Shown here: one piece after another, positions 52,128-62,913 of the stretch
Position numbering within the stretch: position 1 is the stretch's first letter
Layout: each line of letters starts with the position of its first letter
DNA from: an uncultured Gammaproteobacteria bacterium
GTDB lineage: Bacteria > Patescibacteriota > Patescibacteriia > Patescibacteriales > UBA12465
Length of the DNA: 64,000 bases
Assembly: GCA_964648205.1 (NCBI GenBank)
Contig: CAZYNT010000002.1
Span: forward strand, 11,371 to 75,370
Reading direction: 5' to 3'
Position numbers and translations under genes: made by a program
Notes under the pieces: generated by a model
Told to the model about the DNA's origin: nothing
What the model saw: only the letters and a program-made list of their open reading frames with translations
Database searches by the model: none

Positions 52128-52146
52128 CTGCGCCGGGAGGATTTTT
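52119..52146. terminator. terminator overlapping the rel stop codon
   Basis: TCCTCC-tagctgcgccg-GGAGGA followed by TTTTT. Confidence 0.55.
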
Positions 52147-52164
52147 ATAAACAAAATATTATTC

Positions 52165-52398
52165 TTAAGGTCTCATAGTGCTCTCAGGCAATTTGCCAAT
52201 CCGCCGCAAATGCTCGTTCTTTTTGCTGAGTGCTAAACTGGTCAAGGCATATTTTTTTTGAAGCCGCTTAGTATTCTTCGGTTCAAGATGTTGCTTTGAT
52301 CGGGCTTTCTCCAGTCTTTTACTATTCTTCAGGCCTTTCTTGAATTTTCGTAAAAAACTTTCAAAACTTTCACCAGGTTTTCTCTTAAAGTCCGCCAT
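52165..52398 (-). CDS. rpsU: 30S ribosomal protein S21
   Basis: 77 aa. GESFESFLRKFKKGLKNSKRLEKARSKQHLEPKNTKR fits the S21 pattern (GEsxexALRRFKR...yEKPSxKRK). Confidence 0.7.
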   Translation of the reverse strand: MADFKRKPGESFESFLRKFKKGLKNSKRLEKARSKQHLEPKNTKRLQKKYALTSLALSKKNEHLRRIGKLPESTMRP

Positions 52399-53770
52399 AT
52401 AATCCGCCCTCCTTTCTAATATTTAATCTTTTTTCCGTTACTTTATCTTTTTTTGCTAAACGTTCTTTTATCTTTTTATAAACTACAACCTCCTGGGCGC
52501 CAGAATCCATGTCTCTTATTAAAATAGTTCCATCCATTATTTCTTTTTTACCTAATATTAAACTAGTCTTTGCTTTCATGGCAACCGCTTCTTCGAGTTG
52601 AGTTTTTAAGCTATCCGAGGCGAATGACTGGCGCACATTAAATCCGGCCCGTCTTAGGTCTTGAAACAGCTGCAAAGCTTTCAATTTCGCTTGGTCGCCC
52701 AATTGTGCAATAAATACTATATCCTCTTCTATTGGACTGGCCAAGAGGTGCTTATCCTTTAGCCGGGAAACGGCTCTTTCAATGCCCAGCGCCAAACCGA
52801 CTGACGGAGTTGGCTGACCGCCCATATTTTCAACCAATGAATCATAGCGGCCGCCCCCGCCCAGGGCCATCTTGCCTAATACAGTTCCATCTTCGTTAAG
52901 CGGCCAAAATTCAAAAACCGTATCATTATAATAGCTTAAACCGCGAACCAAATAGGGGTTAAAATTATAATTAATATTTAATTCATCCAGAAATTCCAAA
53001 GTCTTGGTAAAATGTTCGCGGCTCTCATCTGACAAATAATCAGCAATCTGAGGCGCCTCTTCGCGCAGTTTCATACAAGACTCTTCCTTGCAATCAAGCA
53101 GGCTTAAGCAATTTTTATTTAAATTATTCTTACAGGCATTGCATAGCTTAGAACGTCTCCCTCTCTCTTTATAAAAGGCCAGGAGTTTGCCACAGTATTC
53201 CTTACGGCATTCAGCCGTACCGATGCTGTTTATCTGCACCTGGGCGCTAATTTGCAATTCTTCAAAAAAATTATGAGCGATAGTAATTAAAATCGCTTCC
53301 GCCATTGGTTTTTTTTCGCCGATTATTTCTAAATTAAACTGCGTTGATTCTCGATAGCGCCCTGATTGTAACTTTTCCCGGCGAAAAATCGATCCCAAAG
53401 AAAAAAGCCGTGCTGGCAGTCCGGTTTCTCCTAAATTATTTTCTAAGTAAGCTCGAACCACTCCTTGGGTCAATTCTGGCCGCAAAACAACCTTCTCGCC
53501 TTTTTCACCCTCAATGAAATAAAACTCTTTATCGCTATTTTTACGCGTCGATTTTTTATACAAATCGAAATTTTCCAGAATCGGGGTCTTAATCGAGGAA
53601 AAACTATAAATTTTTGCTAAATTCAAAGCTTTATTAACAACGAAGTCATAACAAATCTGCTCTGAGCCCACAACATCCTTCATACCCAAAAGACGAGGCG
53701 AAATTTTTTCATTCCGTTTTTCGGTTTTTTTAACGGCCGTCTCCGGCGTGTTTTTTTTGTGCCTAGGCAT
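52385..53770 (-). CDS. hisS: histidine--tRNA ligase
   Basis: 461 aa with class II motifs (FRRERLQSGRYRE-type FRREKLQSGRYRE; GGGGRYDSL) and a C-terminal anticodon-binding domain. Confidence 0.9.
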   Translation of the reverse strand: MPRHKKNTPETAVKKTEKRNEKISPRLLGMKDVVGSEQICYDFVVNKALNLAKIYSFSSIKTPILENFDLYKKSTRKNSDKEFYFIEGEKGEKVVLRPELTQGVVRAYLENNLGETGLPARLFSLGSIFRREKLQSGRYRESTQFNLEIIGEKKPMAEAILITIAHNFFEELQISAQVQINSIGTAECRKEYCGKLLAFYKERGRRSKLCNACKNNLNKNCLSLLDCKEESCMKLREEAPQIADYLSDESREHFTKTLEFLDELNINYNFNPYLVRGLSYYNDTVFEFWPLNEDGTVLGKMALGGGGRYDSLVENMGGQPTPSVGLALGIERAVSRLKDKHLLASPIEEDIVFIAQLGDQAKLKALQLFQDLRRAGFNVRQSFASDSLKTQLEEAVAMKAKTSLILGKKEIMDGTILIRDMDSGAQEVVVYKKIKERLAKKDKVTEKRLNIRKEGGLYGGL

Positions 53771-53785
53771 AGCGATTAATAGCGA

Positions 53786-54355
53786 TTAATTGTTATATTG
53801 GGGCCAATAACTTTTATTAAAAACCGTAACCTCATTAAAAGGCCAGCCGCGGAATAAAATTTTGCCGGTAATAAAACTCTTGTTGACCACTCCGAAATAA
53901 CGGGAATCTTTCGAGGCTCCGCGGTTATCCCCCAAAACATAGTATTCATCCGATTTAACGGCCGTTTTAGTTTCGTCTTGGTTATAAGTGGCAAAGTCGG
54001 CGGGTAAATATTTCTCTTCTAAAGTCAGGCCATCCGGATAATCAGCATTAAAAATTATTACTTTCCCGTCTTTTATCTGAACCTCTTCTCCGGGCAAACC
54101 GATAATCCGTTTAATAAAATATTCTTGCGGATTGCGGGGATAGCGAAAAACTATAACCTGCCCGCGCTCCGGAGGAGTAAAGCGGTAGCTTATTTCATCG
54201 ATGATCAGATACTCTTTATCGTGGAAATTCGGTTCCATCGAAGCGCCTTTGACAAAAAATGGCTGAATCAAAAAATAACGGATCGGGAAAATTATGGCTG
54301 CAGCGATCATGATGACTTTAGCGATTTCCCAAACAAAAAGTAAAAATTTCTTCAT
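53786..54355 (-). CDS. lepB: signal peptidase I
   Basis: An N-terminal TM, the catalytic Ser box GASMEP, the Lys box KRIIGLPGE and GDNRGASKDSR. Confidence 0.9.
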   Translation of the reverse strand: MKKFLLFVWEIAKVIMIAAAIIFPIRYFLIQPFFVKGASMEPNFHDKEYLIIDEISYRFTPPERGQVIVFRYPRNPQEYFIKRIIGLPGEEVQIKDGKVIIFNADYPDGLTLEEKYLPADFATYNQDETKTAVKSDEYYVLGDNRGASKDSRYFGVVNKSFITGKILFRGWPFNEVTVFNKSYWPQYNN

Positions 54356-54459
54356 AATATTTTATCCCCTAAGCGCAAAAATAATAAAAAATAGATAACA
54401 ATTAGTACATACTATATCAGAAAATATAAAAAAAATCAAATCTTATTTTTTAGCTAATT

Positions 54460-55512
54460 TTAATTAATAAACATTGCATCACCATAACTGAAGAAGCTAT
54501 ATTTTTGAGTTATAGCCTCCCGATAGGCCGAATCTATATGCCTTTTCCCCGCTAAAGCGCTGACCAGCATGAGCAAAGTTGACTTTGGCAAATGAAAATT
54601 GGTTATAAGGGCGTCGACGGTCTTGAACTTATATCCTGGATAAATAAAAATGTCCGTCCAGAAAGCCTGGCTGCTAATAGCGGCGGAATCGGCGAATTTA
54701 AACCAGTTAACTGATTCCAAGGTCCGGCAGCTCGTTGTCCCTACAGCAATTATTCTGCGCCCCTCCCTTTTCGCGGATAAAATCTCCTTGATGGCCGGCC
54801 GACTAAGCTGGGCGAATTCGCTATGCATTTTATGCTCTAATATTTTTTCCGTTTTTACCGGTGAAAATGTTCCCAGCCCGACGTGAAGCGTTACGCTCAC
54901 TATTTTTACCCCTTTAGCTTTAATCTTTTTGAGAAGACTTTGAGTAAAATGCAGGCCGGCGGTCGGCGCGGCGGCTGAGCCGGCCTTATTATTATCCGCG
55001 AACACGGTCTGGTAATTGTTTTTATCGCTTTTTATTTGTTTATCTCTTTTTATATACGGGGGAAGCGGAACTTCGCCGATCTTATTAACCACTTGCCAGA
55101 ACTTAACGCTCGACAAATTAAATTTAACCTGCCAGGTACCATCATTATTATTACGCAAAACTACAGCCGATAATTTTCTGGGAAAATTAATTACTAGCCC
55201 TTCTTTAATTCGGCCACGGAGCAAACATTCCCAAATATTTTTTTCTTTTTTTTGGTGGAGAAATATTTCGACTAAGCCGCCGCTATCTTTCTTGCGGCCG
55301 ATAAGGCGCGCGGGAAAAACTTTGGAATCATTTAAGACTAAAACATCTCCCGGGCGTAAATAATCAACCAGATTATAAAAATATTTATGATTGATCGCGC
55401 CTGTTTTTTTATTTAATAACAAAAGACGCGAGTGGTCTCGCGGTTTGACTGGCTTCTGAGCGATTAATTCCGGCGGCAAATTGTAATCAAAGTCTTTGAC
55501 TAAGAGCGACAT
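54460..55512 (-). CDS. queA: S-adenosylmethionine:tRNA ribosyltransferase-isomerase
   Basis: FDYNLPPELIAQKP...RLL at the N-terminus, PLPPYIKR, and a full-length QueA pattern. Confidence 0.9.
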   Translation of the reverse strand: MSLLVKDFDYNLPPELIAQKPVKPRDHSRLLLLNKKTGAINHKYFYNLVDYLRPGDVLVLNDSKVFPARLIGRKKDSGGLVEIFLHQKKEKNIWECLLRGRIKEGLVINFPRKLSAVVLRNNNDGTWQVKFNLSSVKFWQVVNKIGEVPLPPYIKRDKQIKSDKNNYQTVFADNNKAGSAAAPTAGLHFTQSLLKKIKAKGVKIVSVTLHVGLGTFSPVKTEKILEHKMHSEFAQLSRPAIKEILSAKREGRRIIAVGTTSCRTLESVNWFKFADSAAISSQAFWTDIFIYPGYKFKTVDALITNFHLPKSTLLMLVSALAGKRHIDSAYREAITQKYSFFSYGDAMFIN

Positions 55513-55613
55513 AAAAATTTTACTATTTTTTACTCTTTGACAAATATTTATCTTTATTATAATATAGCAAATTACCTGAATATTTTAAAGTTGAACCTTA
55601 AAAAAACCACCAT

Positions 55614-56219
55614 ATGGAAATCAAAAAGATAGACGGCATTGAAAACGGCCGCATCAGCGTAATCAGACTATCTAGCCTGCTGACCGAAATCTGGGGTAAT
55701 ATGTCCACCATTTCCCTTAATATCGGAGAAATAAAAATACTAATAAGTAATACCGCCGAGCTACGAAAATTCGTCCGGGGGCGCCGAGATTTCAATGTCT
55801 TTGGTTATTTGCCCATGCCAATTGAGCAAGAACTGGAACAGATCGAATTCCACTACCGCCACCGCGCTCTGGATATAATACTGCATCTGGCATATAACGG
55901 CGGATATCTCTTAAGGGAATTCGCCGAGACCTGGGATGGTTTTGTTCTGGCCAAAAAATATGAGTATGACGAAGTACCGAAGAACTGGGATGGCCGCGAT
56001 AAGGCTATAAAAGCTAGCGACGCCTTAGCTAAAATTATCCTGGAAAATTTAAGCCGGAACTTAGCCCGAAGGCCGAAAAAAACTAAGAAACATCAGCTCC
56101 TCCTCTATCTCAACGGCGTTAAAGCGCGCTTTAACCAGGCTTGCGTTTCGTACAAAGAAGCTGACAAGCTGCTAAAAAAATACGACCCGAAAAATAAATA
56201 CGAACATAAATGGGTCTAA
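55614..56219 (+). CDS. hypothetical protein (201 aa), lone plus-strand gene between queA and ruvB
   Basis: Clean ORF with no recognisable motif. Confidence 0.35.
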   Translation: MEIKKIDGIENGRISVIRLSSLLTEIWGNMSTISLNIGEIKILISNTAELRKFVRGRRDFNVFGYLPMPIEQELEQIEFHYRHRALDIILHLAYNGGYLLREFAETWDGFVLAKKYEYDEVPKNWDGRDKAIKASDALAKIILENLSRNLARRPKKTKKHQLLLYLNGVKARFNQACVSYKEADKLLKKYDPKNKYEHKWV

Positions 56220-56281
56220 ATCTTCCCCCAATAACAAAAGGGCCAAAATCTTGGCCCTTTTTTAAATTATTAACTATTTCT

Positions 56282-57301
56282 TTAAATTAATTTATCCGAA
56301 CCCGGTGCTTTTATTCCTAAATGCGCATAACCGAGATGAGTGATAATACGCCCCCGGGGAGAGCGGTCTAAAAATCCTAGTTGCATGAGATATGGCTCGT
56401 ACATATTCTCAATCGTATCCATTTCCTCTCCGGTCGAAGCGGCCAGCGTATTAAGTCCGACCGGACCGCCTTTAAATTTAACCGCAATTGTTTCCAGAAT
56501 CCGACGATCAATTAAATCTAGCCCCAACTCATCAACCTCCAACATCGTAAAAGCTTCCAAACAGTCTTTCAGGCTTATCTTCCCGTCCCCTTTCACCTCG
56601 CAGTAATCGCGCACGCGCTTAAGCAGGCGATTGGCGATGCGCGGCGTCCGGCGGCTTCGAGCCGCAATTGCCGCTTTAGCGTCTACATCTATATCGACTC
56701 CTAGAATCTTCGCGCTGCGCTTAATAATTTTTTCAATATCGCTCGCTTCATAAAAATTCAAATGGTGGGTTATCCCGAAGCGATCGCGGAGAGGCGCCGA
56801 CAATAAGCTCGCCAAAGTCGTCGCGCCGATGATGGTAAATTTAGGCAAATCCAAACGCAAGGTGCGCGCGCTTGGTCCTTTACCCATAACAATATCTAAA
56901 GCATAATCTTCCATGGCCGGGTACAAAATTTCTTCGATGGTTTTATGGAGACGGTGTATTTCATCAATAAACAAAATATCACCCGCTTCAAGATTCGTCA
57001 AAATAGCCGCTAAATCGCCGCTTTTTTCAATCGCCGGGCCGGAAGTAACTCGAATATTGGCGCCGATTTCATTGGCGATTACGTGCGCCAAAGTAGTTTT
57101 CCCGAGTCCGGGGGCGCCGTAAAGTAATACGTGCTCAATCGGCTCTTTCCTTTTTTTGGCGGCGGCGATAGTTATTTCCAAATTCTCTTTAATTTTATCT
57201 TGCCCAATATATTCCGCCAAGGTTTTCGGGCGCAATGATAAATCAAGCGCTTCGTCGCCTCGCCTTTCTATCGGACTAATTAAACGTTCGTCTATATCCA
57301 T
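56282..57301 (-). CDS. ruvB: Holliday junction branch migration helicase RuvB
   Basis: [12 protein letters not shown], Walker [10 protein letters not shown] and Walker [10 protein letters not shown]. Confidence 0.95.
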   Translation of the reverse strand: MDIDERLISPIERRGDEALDLSLRPKTLAEYIGQDKIKENLEITIAAAKKRKEPIEHVLLYGAPGLGKTTLAHVIANEIGANIRVTSGPAIEKSGDLAAILTNLEAGDILFIDEIHRLHKTIEEILYPAMEDYALDIVMGKGPSARTLRLDLPKFTIIGATTLASLLSAPLRDRFGITHHLNFYEASDIEKIIKRSAKILGVDIDVDAKAAIAARSRRTPRIANRLLKRVRDYCEVKGDGKISLKDCLEAFTMLEVDELGLDLIDRRILETIAVKFKGGPVGLNTLAASTGEEMDTIENMYEPYLMQLGFLDRSPRGRIITHLGYAHLGIKAPGSDKLI

Positions 57302-57316
57302 ATAATTAAAGTCTAG

Positions 57317-60300
57317 CTAAACCTGGCGGAATTCGCAAATCGAATTAAAATCACAAAACTGGCACATCAGGGAGGGGGTTGGCGTAAAGTCGCGCTTTTT
57401 AATAGCCGCAATTTCTTCTCTAACTTCGAGCCGGAGGCGGGTGATGTCTTTCTTTGTGGCGGTAAAAGTAAATTTTTCTCCGCTTTCTAAATAATAATAG
57501 CTGAGCGCTCCAACTTTAATTCCCAAAAATTCTTCAATAAACAGCTGATAAAGAATCAGTTGCCGCTTCTCAGAAAAATCTAATTTCGTTTTTGTTTTTC
57601 CGGTTTTATAGTCGATAATTTCTAAAGTACCGTCGGCGCACTTATCAATCCGATCAATCGCCCCTTTGATAATATCCCCGTCAATCTTGAAAGAAAATCT
57701 TTTTTCTAAAAATAAAATCTCCTTAGGAATATCGGCTTGATAAGTCTGTATGAATTTTTTCAAAGCCTCAATTCCTTTCTGGTGATAGCTCTCCCTTTCT
57801 TTCTTGTTAGAGTAGCCATCGGCCACCCAAAACTCATTATAAATTTCTAATAGCCTTTTTTCACTCAACTGGGTGGCTGGTTGCTTGGCGGCCGAATCGT
57901 GATAGCTTTCACCGAATAAATCACCCTGCATCTTTTGCCGTTCGCTTAAAATCGGCAATAAAAAATTATATAGCGTATTATGCAAAACTCGGCCGAAAAT
58001 CAAGCTGGCCTTATCGGTTGAAGCGGGGATTTTTAAAACAAAAGCAAATTTATACTGCAGGGGGCAAGTAGAAAAGGCGGCCAGCTGGGAAAAAGAAAAT
58101 TTTTCCGGCAATGGATATTTATCAAGCGGCGTTTTTTCCAAGCTCGCGCTTATCTCTCGGGAGTTTAAATAATGCAAATCGCGCAAAAATTCATTTTTTT
58201 GGCTTAATTTAATTTCCGGAACAAGGGAGTTATTCACGCCCATTTCGGCAATAAAGCGGGAAGGTTTTTTTTCGCGCGCGCCGCCATAGTCTTTGGCGCC
58301 GCTTAAATAAAGCTCCTCCTTGGCGCGTGTTGCCGCCACATAAAAAAGACGGCGCTCCTCTTCCAAATGAACATCCTGGCTAGTTTCCATTTTTTCTCGA
58401 ACCAGACCGTCGGGAATCGATATTTTTTCGCCGCGCGCAATCGTGGGGAATTTTTTATCGACTAAATTGACTAAAAATACATATTTAAACTCCAAGCCTT
58501 TGGCGCCGTGGACCGTCATAATCCTAACCACTTCATTATCGGCAAAGTCGAGCTTAAGAGCGCCGGTTTCACCCGCTTCCAATTCTAAATTGATGGCGGA
58601 CAAGAAATCTTTCAGGCGCAAATCCGGTTCACTTTCTTCAAGCCGCTTGATTTTTTGATAGAACTGATTGAGATAGGAATAGAGCTCTAAATCGCGATCA
58701 CGGTCAAGCCCCTCGAGCAGGCCGGAGTCGTAAACAAACCGCAAGAATATCTTAGTCGGCTTCTGGTCGGCTACCAAAAGCGAATGGCGGGCGATAGAAT
58801 CCATCAGCTTATTGATATTTTTAAAACTTTCGGCGCTTATTCCAGAAATAGCGTTAATATTCTTTAACGCTTCGTAAAGCGACCAGACTTTACGATTAGC
58901 CATCTTATTAATCGCCACTAGATCAAGGTGGGAAACTTTAAAAATATTCATATTCAAGACCCGGAAAAGAGCGGCTGATTCGTGGTAATTATCCAAAAGA
59001 CGCAAATAAGCTAAAATATCTAAAATCAATGGCTTATAATAGAGTCCCCGCCAAGACATGAACTGATTCGGAATCTCGTAGCGGCTCAATTCTTTAACAT
59101 AAGCGTCGGCCGTATCATTGGCCCGCACTAAAACCGCAAAATCAGACCAGGCGATTTCTTCGCCGGATTGCTGCCGGCTGGCGTAAATTTCTCCGATTTT
59201 TTGCGCGACAAAAGCAACCTCGTCGACGGCGCTTTCGAAGTTATAGAATTTAACGGCCGGTTCAGTCTTCGGTTTTTTGGCGATTTCTCCTTTAGCTATC
59301 AGGCGCTTGTCGATTTTTAGCTTCTCTTCCAGCCGATTAGGATTATTATTTTGAATGAACTGATAGGCGCGATCTAAGATTTCCTGGCGCGAGCGGTAAT
59401 TTTCGGTTAAAATTAATTCCGTCGCCCCCTTATAATCATCTTTAAACTGCATAATATTAGAAAGGGAGGCGCCCCGGAATTTATAAATTGCCTGGTCATC
59501 ATCACCGACGACCACTAAATTATTTTTTGGTTTGGCCAGCAGCTTCACGAGCTCATACTGAGCCCAATTAGTATCTTGAAACTCGTCGACCATTATATAG
59601 CGGAACTTATTCTGGTAATATTTTAAAATATTAGGGCGTGAGGTTAGCAGTTTTAGAGTATAAACGATTAAATCGCCAAAATCTAAATAACTATTTTCCA
59701 AAAGCAATTGATTATAAACATGATAAGCGTTAGCCAGCTCTTTAATGCGGCCAGCCTCGAGCTCGTCGCCGAAGACGTCGCCGATTTCACCCGCATTATT
59801 TTTTTTTGCGGATGCTTTCTTCTTAGACGGCTTACTTTTGGCAGCCTTTTGGCCGCTTAATCTATTATCTTGATTAGATTCAAGCTCTTCGGCATATTGC
59901 AAATACTCAAGCGGGGTTATATTCTCGTCTTTAAGGCGGGAAAAATGACGGATCAATTCAGAAATAAATTTCGTGGGGTTGCCTAACGGCTTGTAGTAAT
60001 CTAAAGAGAAGCGGTCTAAATTCTTCCTGATCAGGACCCATTGATCGGTCTCCGTTAAGAGTTTAAAATTGGCGCTCAAGCCAATGTCCAGCGCGTGGTC
60101 GCGCAATAATCTTTCGCCAAAACCGTGGAAAGTATTAATCCATAAATCAATATAGCCATAAGGCAAAATCTTGTCCGCCCGTTCTTCCATTTCCCCGGCC
60201 GCTTTTTCCGTAAATGTTAACAAGAGAATCTCTTCAGCCGGAACTTTTCTTTCCATAATTAAATAAGCCAGACGATTAATTAAAACCGTTGTTTTGCCCG

Positions 60301-60430
60301 TTCCTGCTCCGGCCACAATCAAAAGCGGACCGCTCTCATGGGTTACGGCCTGTTTCTGCACTTTATTTAATTTGTCGAGTAATTCTTTGGCCATCATCGT
60401 AATTTTAAAGCTTTTGTTCTTACTTGGCAA
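57317..60430 (-). CDS. UvrD/PcrA-type helicase fused to a C-terminal Cas4/AddB-like Fe-S PD-(D/E)XK nuclease
   Basis: 1037 aa. Walker A is AGAGTGKT and helicase motifs (VDEFQDTN) are present. The C-terminus has CPLQYKF...DRIDK...IIDYKTGK...CQFCDFNSIC, i.e. 1+3 Cys around a nuclease core. Confidence 0.75.
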   Translation of the reverse strand: MPSKNKSFKITMMAKELLDKLNKVQKQAVTHESGPLLIVAGAGTGKTTVLINRLAYLIMERKVPAEEILLLTFTEKAAGEMEERADKILPYGYIDLWINTFHGFGERLLRDHALDIGLSANFKLLTETDQWVLIRKNLDRFSLDYYKPLGNPTKFISELIRHFSRLKDENITPLEYLQYAEELESNQDNRLSGQKAAKSKPSKKKASAKKNNAGEIGDVFGDELEAGRIKELANAYHVYNQLLLENSYLDFGDLIVYTLKLLTSRPNILKYYQNKFRYIMVDEFQDTNWAQYELVKLLAKPKNNLVVVGDDDQAIYKFRGASLSNIMQFKDDYKGATELILTENYRSRQEILDRAYQFIQNNNPNRLEEKLKIDKRLIAKGEIAKKPKTEPAVKFYNFESAVDEVAFVAQKIGEIYASRQQSGEEIAWSDFAVLVRANDTADAYVKELSRYEIPNQFMSWRGLYYKPLILDILAYLRLLDNYHESAALFRVLNMNIFKVSHLDLVAINKMANRKVWSLYEALKNINAISGISAESFKNINKLMDSIARHSLLVADQKPTKIFLRFVYDSGLLEGLDRDRDLELYSYLNQFYQKIKRLEESEPDLRLKDFLSAINLELEAGETGALKLDFADNEVVRIMTVHGAKGLEFKYVFLVNLVDKKFPTIARGEKISIPDGLVREKMETSQDVHLEEERRLFYVAATRAKEELYLSGAKDYGGAREKKPSRFIAEMGVNNSLVPEIKLSQKNEFLRDLHYLNSREISASLEKTPLDKYPLPEKFSFSQLAAFSTCPLQYKFAFVLKIPASTDKASLIFGRVLHNTLYNFLLPILSERQKMQGDLFGESYHDSAAKQPATQLSEKRLLEIYNEFWVADGYSNKKERESYHQKGIEALKKFIQTYQADIPKEILFLEKRFSFKIDGDIIKGAIDRIDKCADGTLEIIDYKTGKTKTKLDFSEKRQLILYQLFIEEFLGIKVGALSYYYLESGEKFTFTATKKDITRLRLEVREEIAAIKKRDFTPTPSLMCQFCDFNSICEFRQV

Positions 60431-61547
60431 TATCGATTAATTGCGCCTTTATTTGTTCCTCCAGTTTTTTGTCGGCCTTAGACCAAGCGGAAAAATTATC
60501 TAAAAATTTTTCTTTTTTGGCTTCTAGCATAGGACTAGCAACACTTGACTTGGAACTGAGCGGTTTAAGCCCGATTTTCATTCTATCGTCTGCCAGCTCT
60601 AACTCTATCCCCAGGCTCTCTTGCGTATCCGGTGAAAAATACTGATCAAAAATAAAATTGCCCAAGGAGTAGAAAATCGGGCAATTTTTGTATATTTCCA
60701 TTCCCTGGACAACATGGGGGTGGTGGCCGATAACAATATCTGCCCCGCTATCAATTAACCCCCGGCCGATCTTTTGCTGCGTTAAATTATAATTATGCTG
60801 ATATTCGCTGCCCCAATGGATATTAACGATTACCCAATCCGCTTGGGCGCGCGCCTCCTTGATTATTTTTTTCATCAAAACCGAATCAAAGTTGCGGTAA
60901 ACCATTGATAGGGCAACCAGCGCAATCTTCTTGTCTTTTATGGTAACCATCTTCAAGGAATAATCAGAAATCTGCGTATCGGCGTCTCCGCTATAATCGA
61001 ATCCCAAGGCATTCAAATTAGTCCTTGTTTCTTGCAGGCCGAGACTGCCTTGGTCGGTAATATGGTTATTCGCGATGGTGAAATAAGAAAAATTATATTT
61101 TTTCAGCTCGGCAATACGGCTTGGCGGAAAGGCAAAATCAAAACCCATTTCCGGAGCATAGTGGCGGCCATCATTTGTCACGGCGCCTTCAAGATTGGCG
61201 CCGATCAAATCAAATTGGCTTAAATCGGTGCTGCTGGCTAAATCGGCCAACAAAAAATCTATCTTTTTATTTTTCAATTTCGCGCCAACGCTGCGGTCAA
61301 GCATCAGATCGCCGAAAAACAAAAGCCGCAGGGACGGTTTAACGATGTCAATGGCGGGCAGTAAATAATTAGCCGCTATTTCCGGTCGATCTATATAATC
61401 TAACGCGGGCGAAAAATTTATTTCAGTAATTTTTCCGGAATTAAGAGAATCATCTGGCTCGGAAGAAAAAAATAAAAACAATCCTGCAACCACAGCTAGG
61501 AGCAGGATTATTAAATTTATTATTTTTGAAATTCGTTCCGGGCGCAT
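60420..61547 (-). CDS. CapA/PGA_cap-family metallophosphoesterase
   Basis: An N-terminal TM, FFGDLMLDR, ANNH and GHHPH motifs. Confidence 0.65.
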   Translation of the reverse strand: MRPERISKIINLIILLLAVVAGLFLFFSSEPDDSLNSGKITEINFSPALDYIDRPEIAANYLLPAIDIVKPSLRLLFFGDLMLDRSVGAKLKNKKIDFLLADLASSTDLSQFDLIGANLEGAVTNDGRHYAPEMGFDFAFPPSRIAELKKYNFSYFTIANNHITDQGSLGLQETRTNLNALGFDYSGDADTQISDYSLKMVTIKDKKIALVALSMVYRNFDSVLMKKIIKEARAQADWVIVNIHWGSEYQHNYNLTQQKIGRGLIDSGADIVIGHHPHVVQGMEIYKNCPIFYSLGNFIFDQYFSPDTQESLGIELELADDRMKIGLKPLSSKSSVASPMLEAKKEKFLDNFSAWSKADKKLEEQIKAQLIDIAK

Positions 61548-61548
61548 G

Positions 61549-62853
61549 TTAAAACTTTAAAATTGTTTTTAATTTTTCTCCTTTAATATCGCCGATAAGC
61601 GCCAAGTTCAACCCCTTATCCACAAAAAACCGACGAGCGACCGCCCTAATCTGCCCGGGGCTGATCGCTTTAATAATCTTTAGCATATCGCCGGGCGTAA
61701 TTATTTTTTTACGGTACATAGCCTGGCGCGCATACCAATTCGCCAAATTATCAGACGCTTCCATTTGTAACAAGACTCTACCTTGGAGCATATCTTTAGC
61801 CCGCTTTAATTCTTTGGCGGAAACTAATTCTTCGGTTATTTTTTTATATTCTTTCAAAATAATTTTTATAGCTTCTTCAGCTTTGGCCTTGGGGACGCCG
61901 GCCTGAGTCGTTAAATATCCCGAATCGGAATAAAACTCCGTGCTTGTCCGCACATAATAAGCCAGACCGTTGCGTTCGCGCAAATTAATGAACAAACGCG
62001 AACTCATAGAGCCGCCTAAAATAATCGCAAGCAATTTAAGCTTAAATTCGTCCGGATAACCTATCGGGCAAGTTCTCACGCCCAAGGACAGGGCGATTTG
62101 ATCGGTTTTCTTCGGGGAAATCTTTAATTGCGGCGCTTTTTGTTTTTCGTTTACTGCTTCCTTGGCTGGCTGTTTGTTAGCTTTAAATTTGCTAAAAATA
62201 CCAGCAACCAATTTTTTACTAGACGGCTTGATCGCGCCCGCTATAACAATATATACGCTCTTGGCGCCGTATTGAGCCTGCAAATAACTAATGAAATCCT
62301 CGCGCTTAAAGCGGCGGATATTTTCTTTGGTGCCGATTGTTTCGCGCCCCGCCGGAGTATCGCCGTAAAGGCAAATTTCAAAAACGTCTTCGATGTGCAT
62401 TTGCGGATTATCCTCATACATATTAAGTTCTTCGATAATAACCCCCTTTTCCCGTTCAATTTCCTGCTCATCGAATAAAGAATTGAACAACATGTCGCCC
62501 ATAATATCGAGCGCTTTCCCCAGCTTATTATTGGCGACCTTGAACCAATAGCCGGTATATTCCTTCGACGTAAAAGCATTATATTCACCACCGAGCGAGT
62601 CCATTTCGCTCGAAAGCATTAAAGTATTCGGACGCTTCTTGGTTCCCTTAAAAAAAAGATGCTCCAAAAAATGCGAAATGCCGCTATTAGCCTTAATTTC
62701 ATGCTTGGAGCCGGTTTTAAACATAACTAAAGCCGTCGTTGTTTTGGCTCCTTTTACCGGGATGGTAAAAACGGGCACTTTATTTGACAAAGTTACTTTT
62801 TTATAATTATTCATAATATTTTTTAGAATATTTAGATGTTCTAAATTTACCAT
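61549..62853 (-). CDS. M16-family zinc peptidase
   Basis: The inverted zinc motif HFLEH, a downstream E and the two-domain M16 length. Confidence 0.8.
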   Translation of the reverse strand: MVNLEHLNILKNIMNNYKKVTLSNKVPVFTIPVKGAKTTTALVMFKTGSKHEIKANSGISHFLEHLFFKGTKKRPNTLMLSSEMDSLGGEYNAFTSKEYTGYWFKVANNKLGKALDIMGDMLFNSLFDEQEIEREKGVIIEELNMYEDNPQMHIEDVFEICLYGDTPAGRETIGTKENIRRFKREDFISYLQAQYGAKSVYIVIAGAIKPSSKKLVAGIFSKFKANKQPAKEAVNEKQKAPQLKISPKKTDQIALSLGVRTCPIGYPDEFKLKLLAIILGGSMSSRLFINLRERNGLAYYVRTSTEFYSDSGYLTTQAGVPKAKAEEAIKIILKEYKKITEELVSAKELKRAKDMLQGRVLLQMEASDNLANWYARQAMYRKKIITPGDMLKIIKAISPGQIRAVARRFFVDKGLNLALIGDIKGEKLKTILKF

Positions 62854-62913
62854 ATTTTTGCTATAATTTAAAGATAGAGACTATCTTTCTCTTTTTTAAT
62901 TAATACGAATTAT

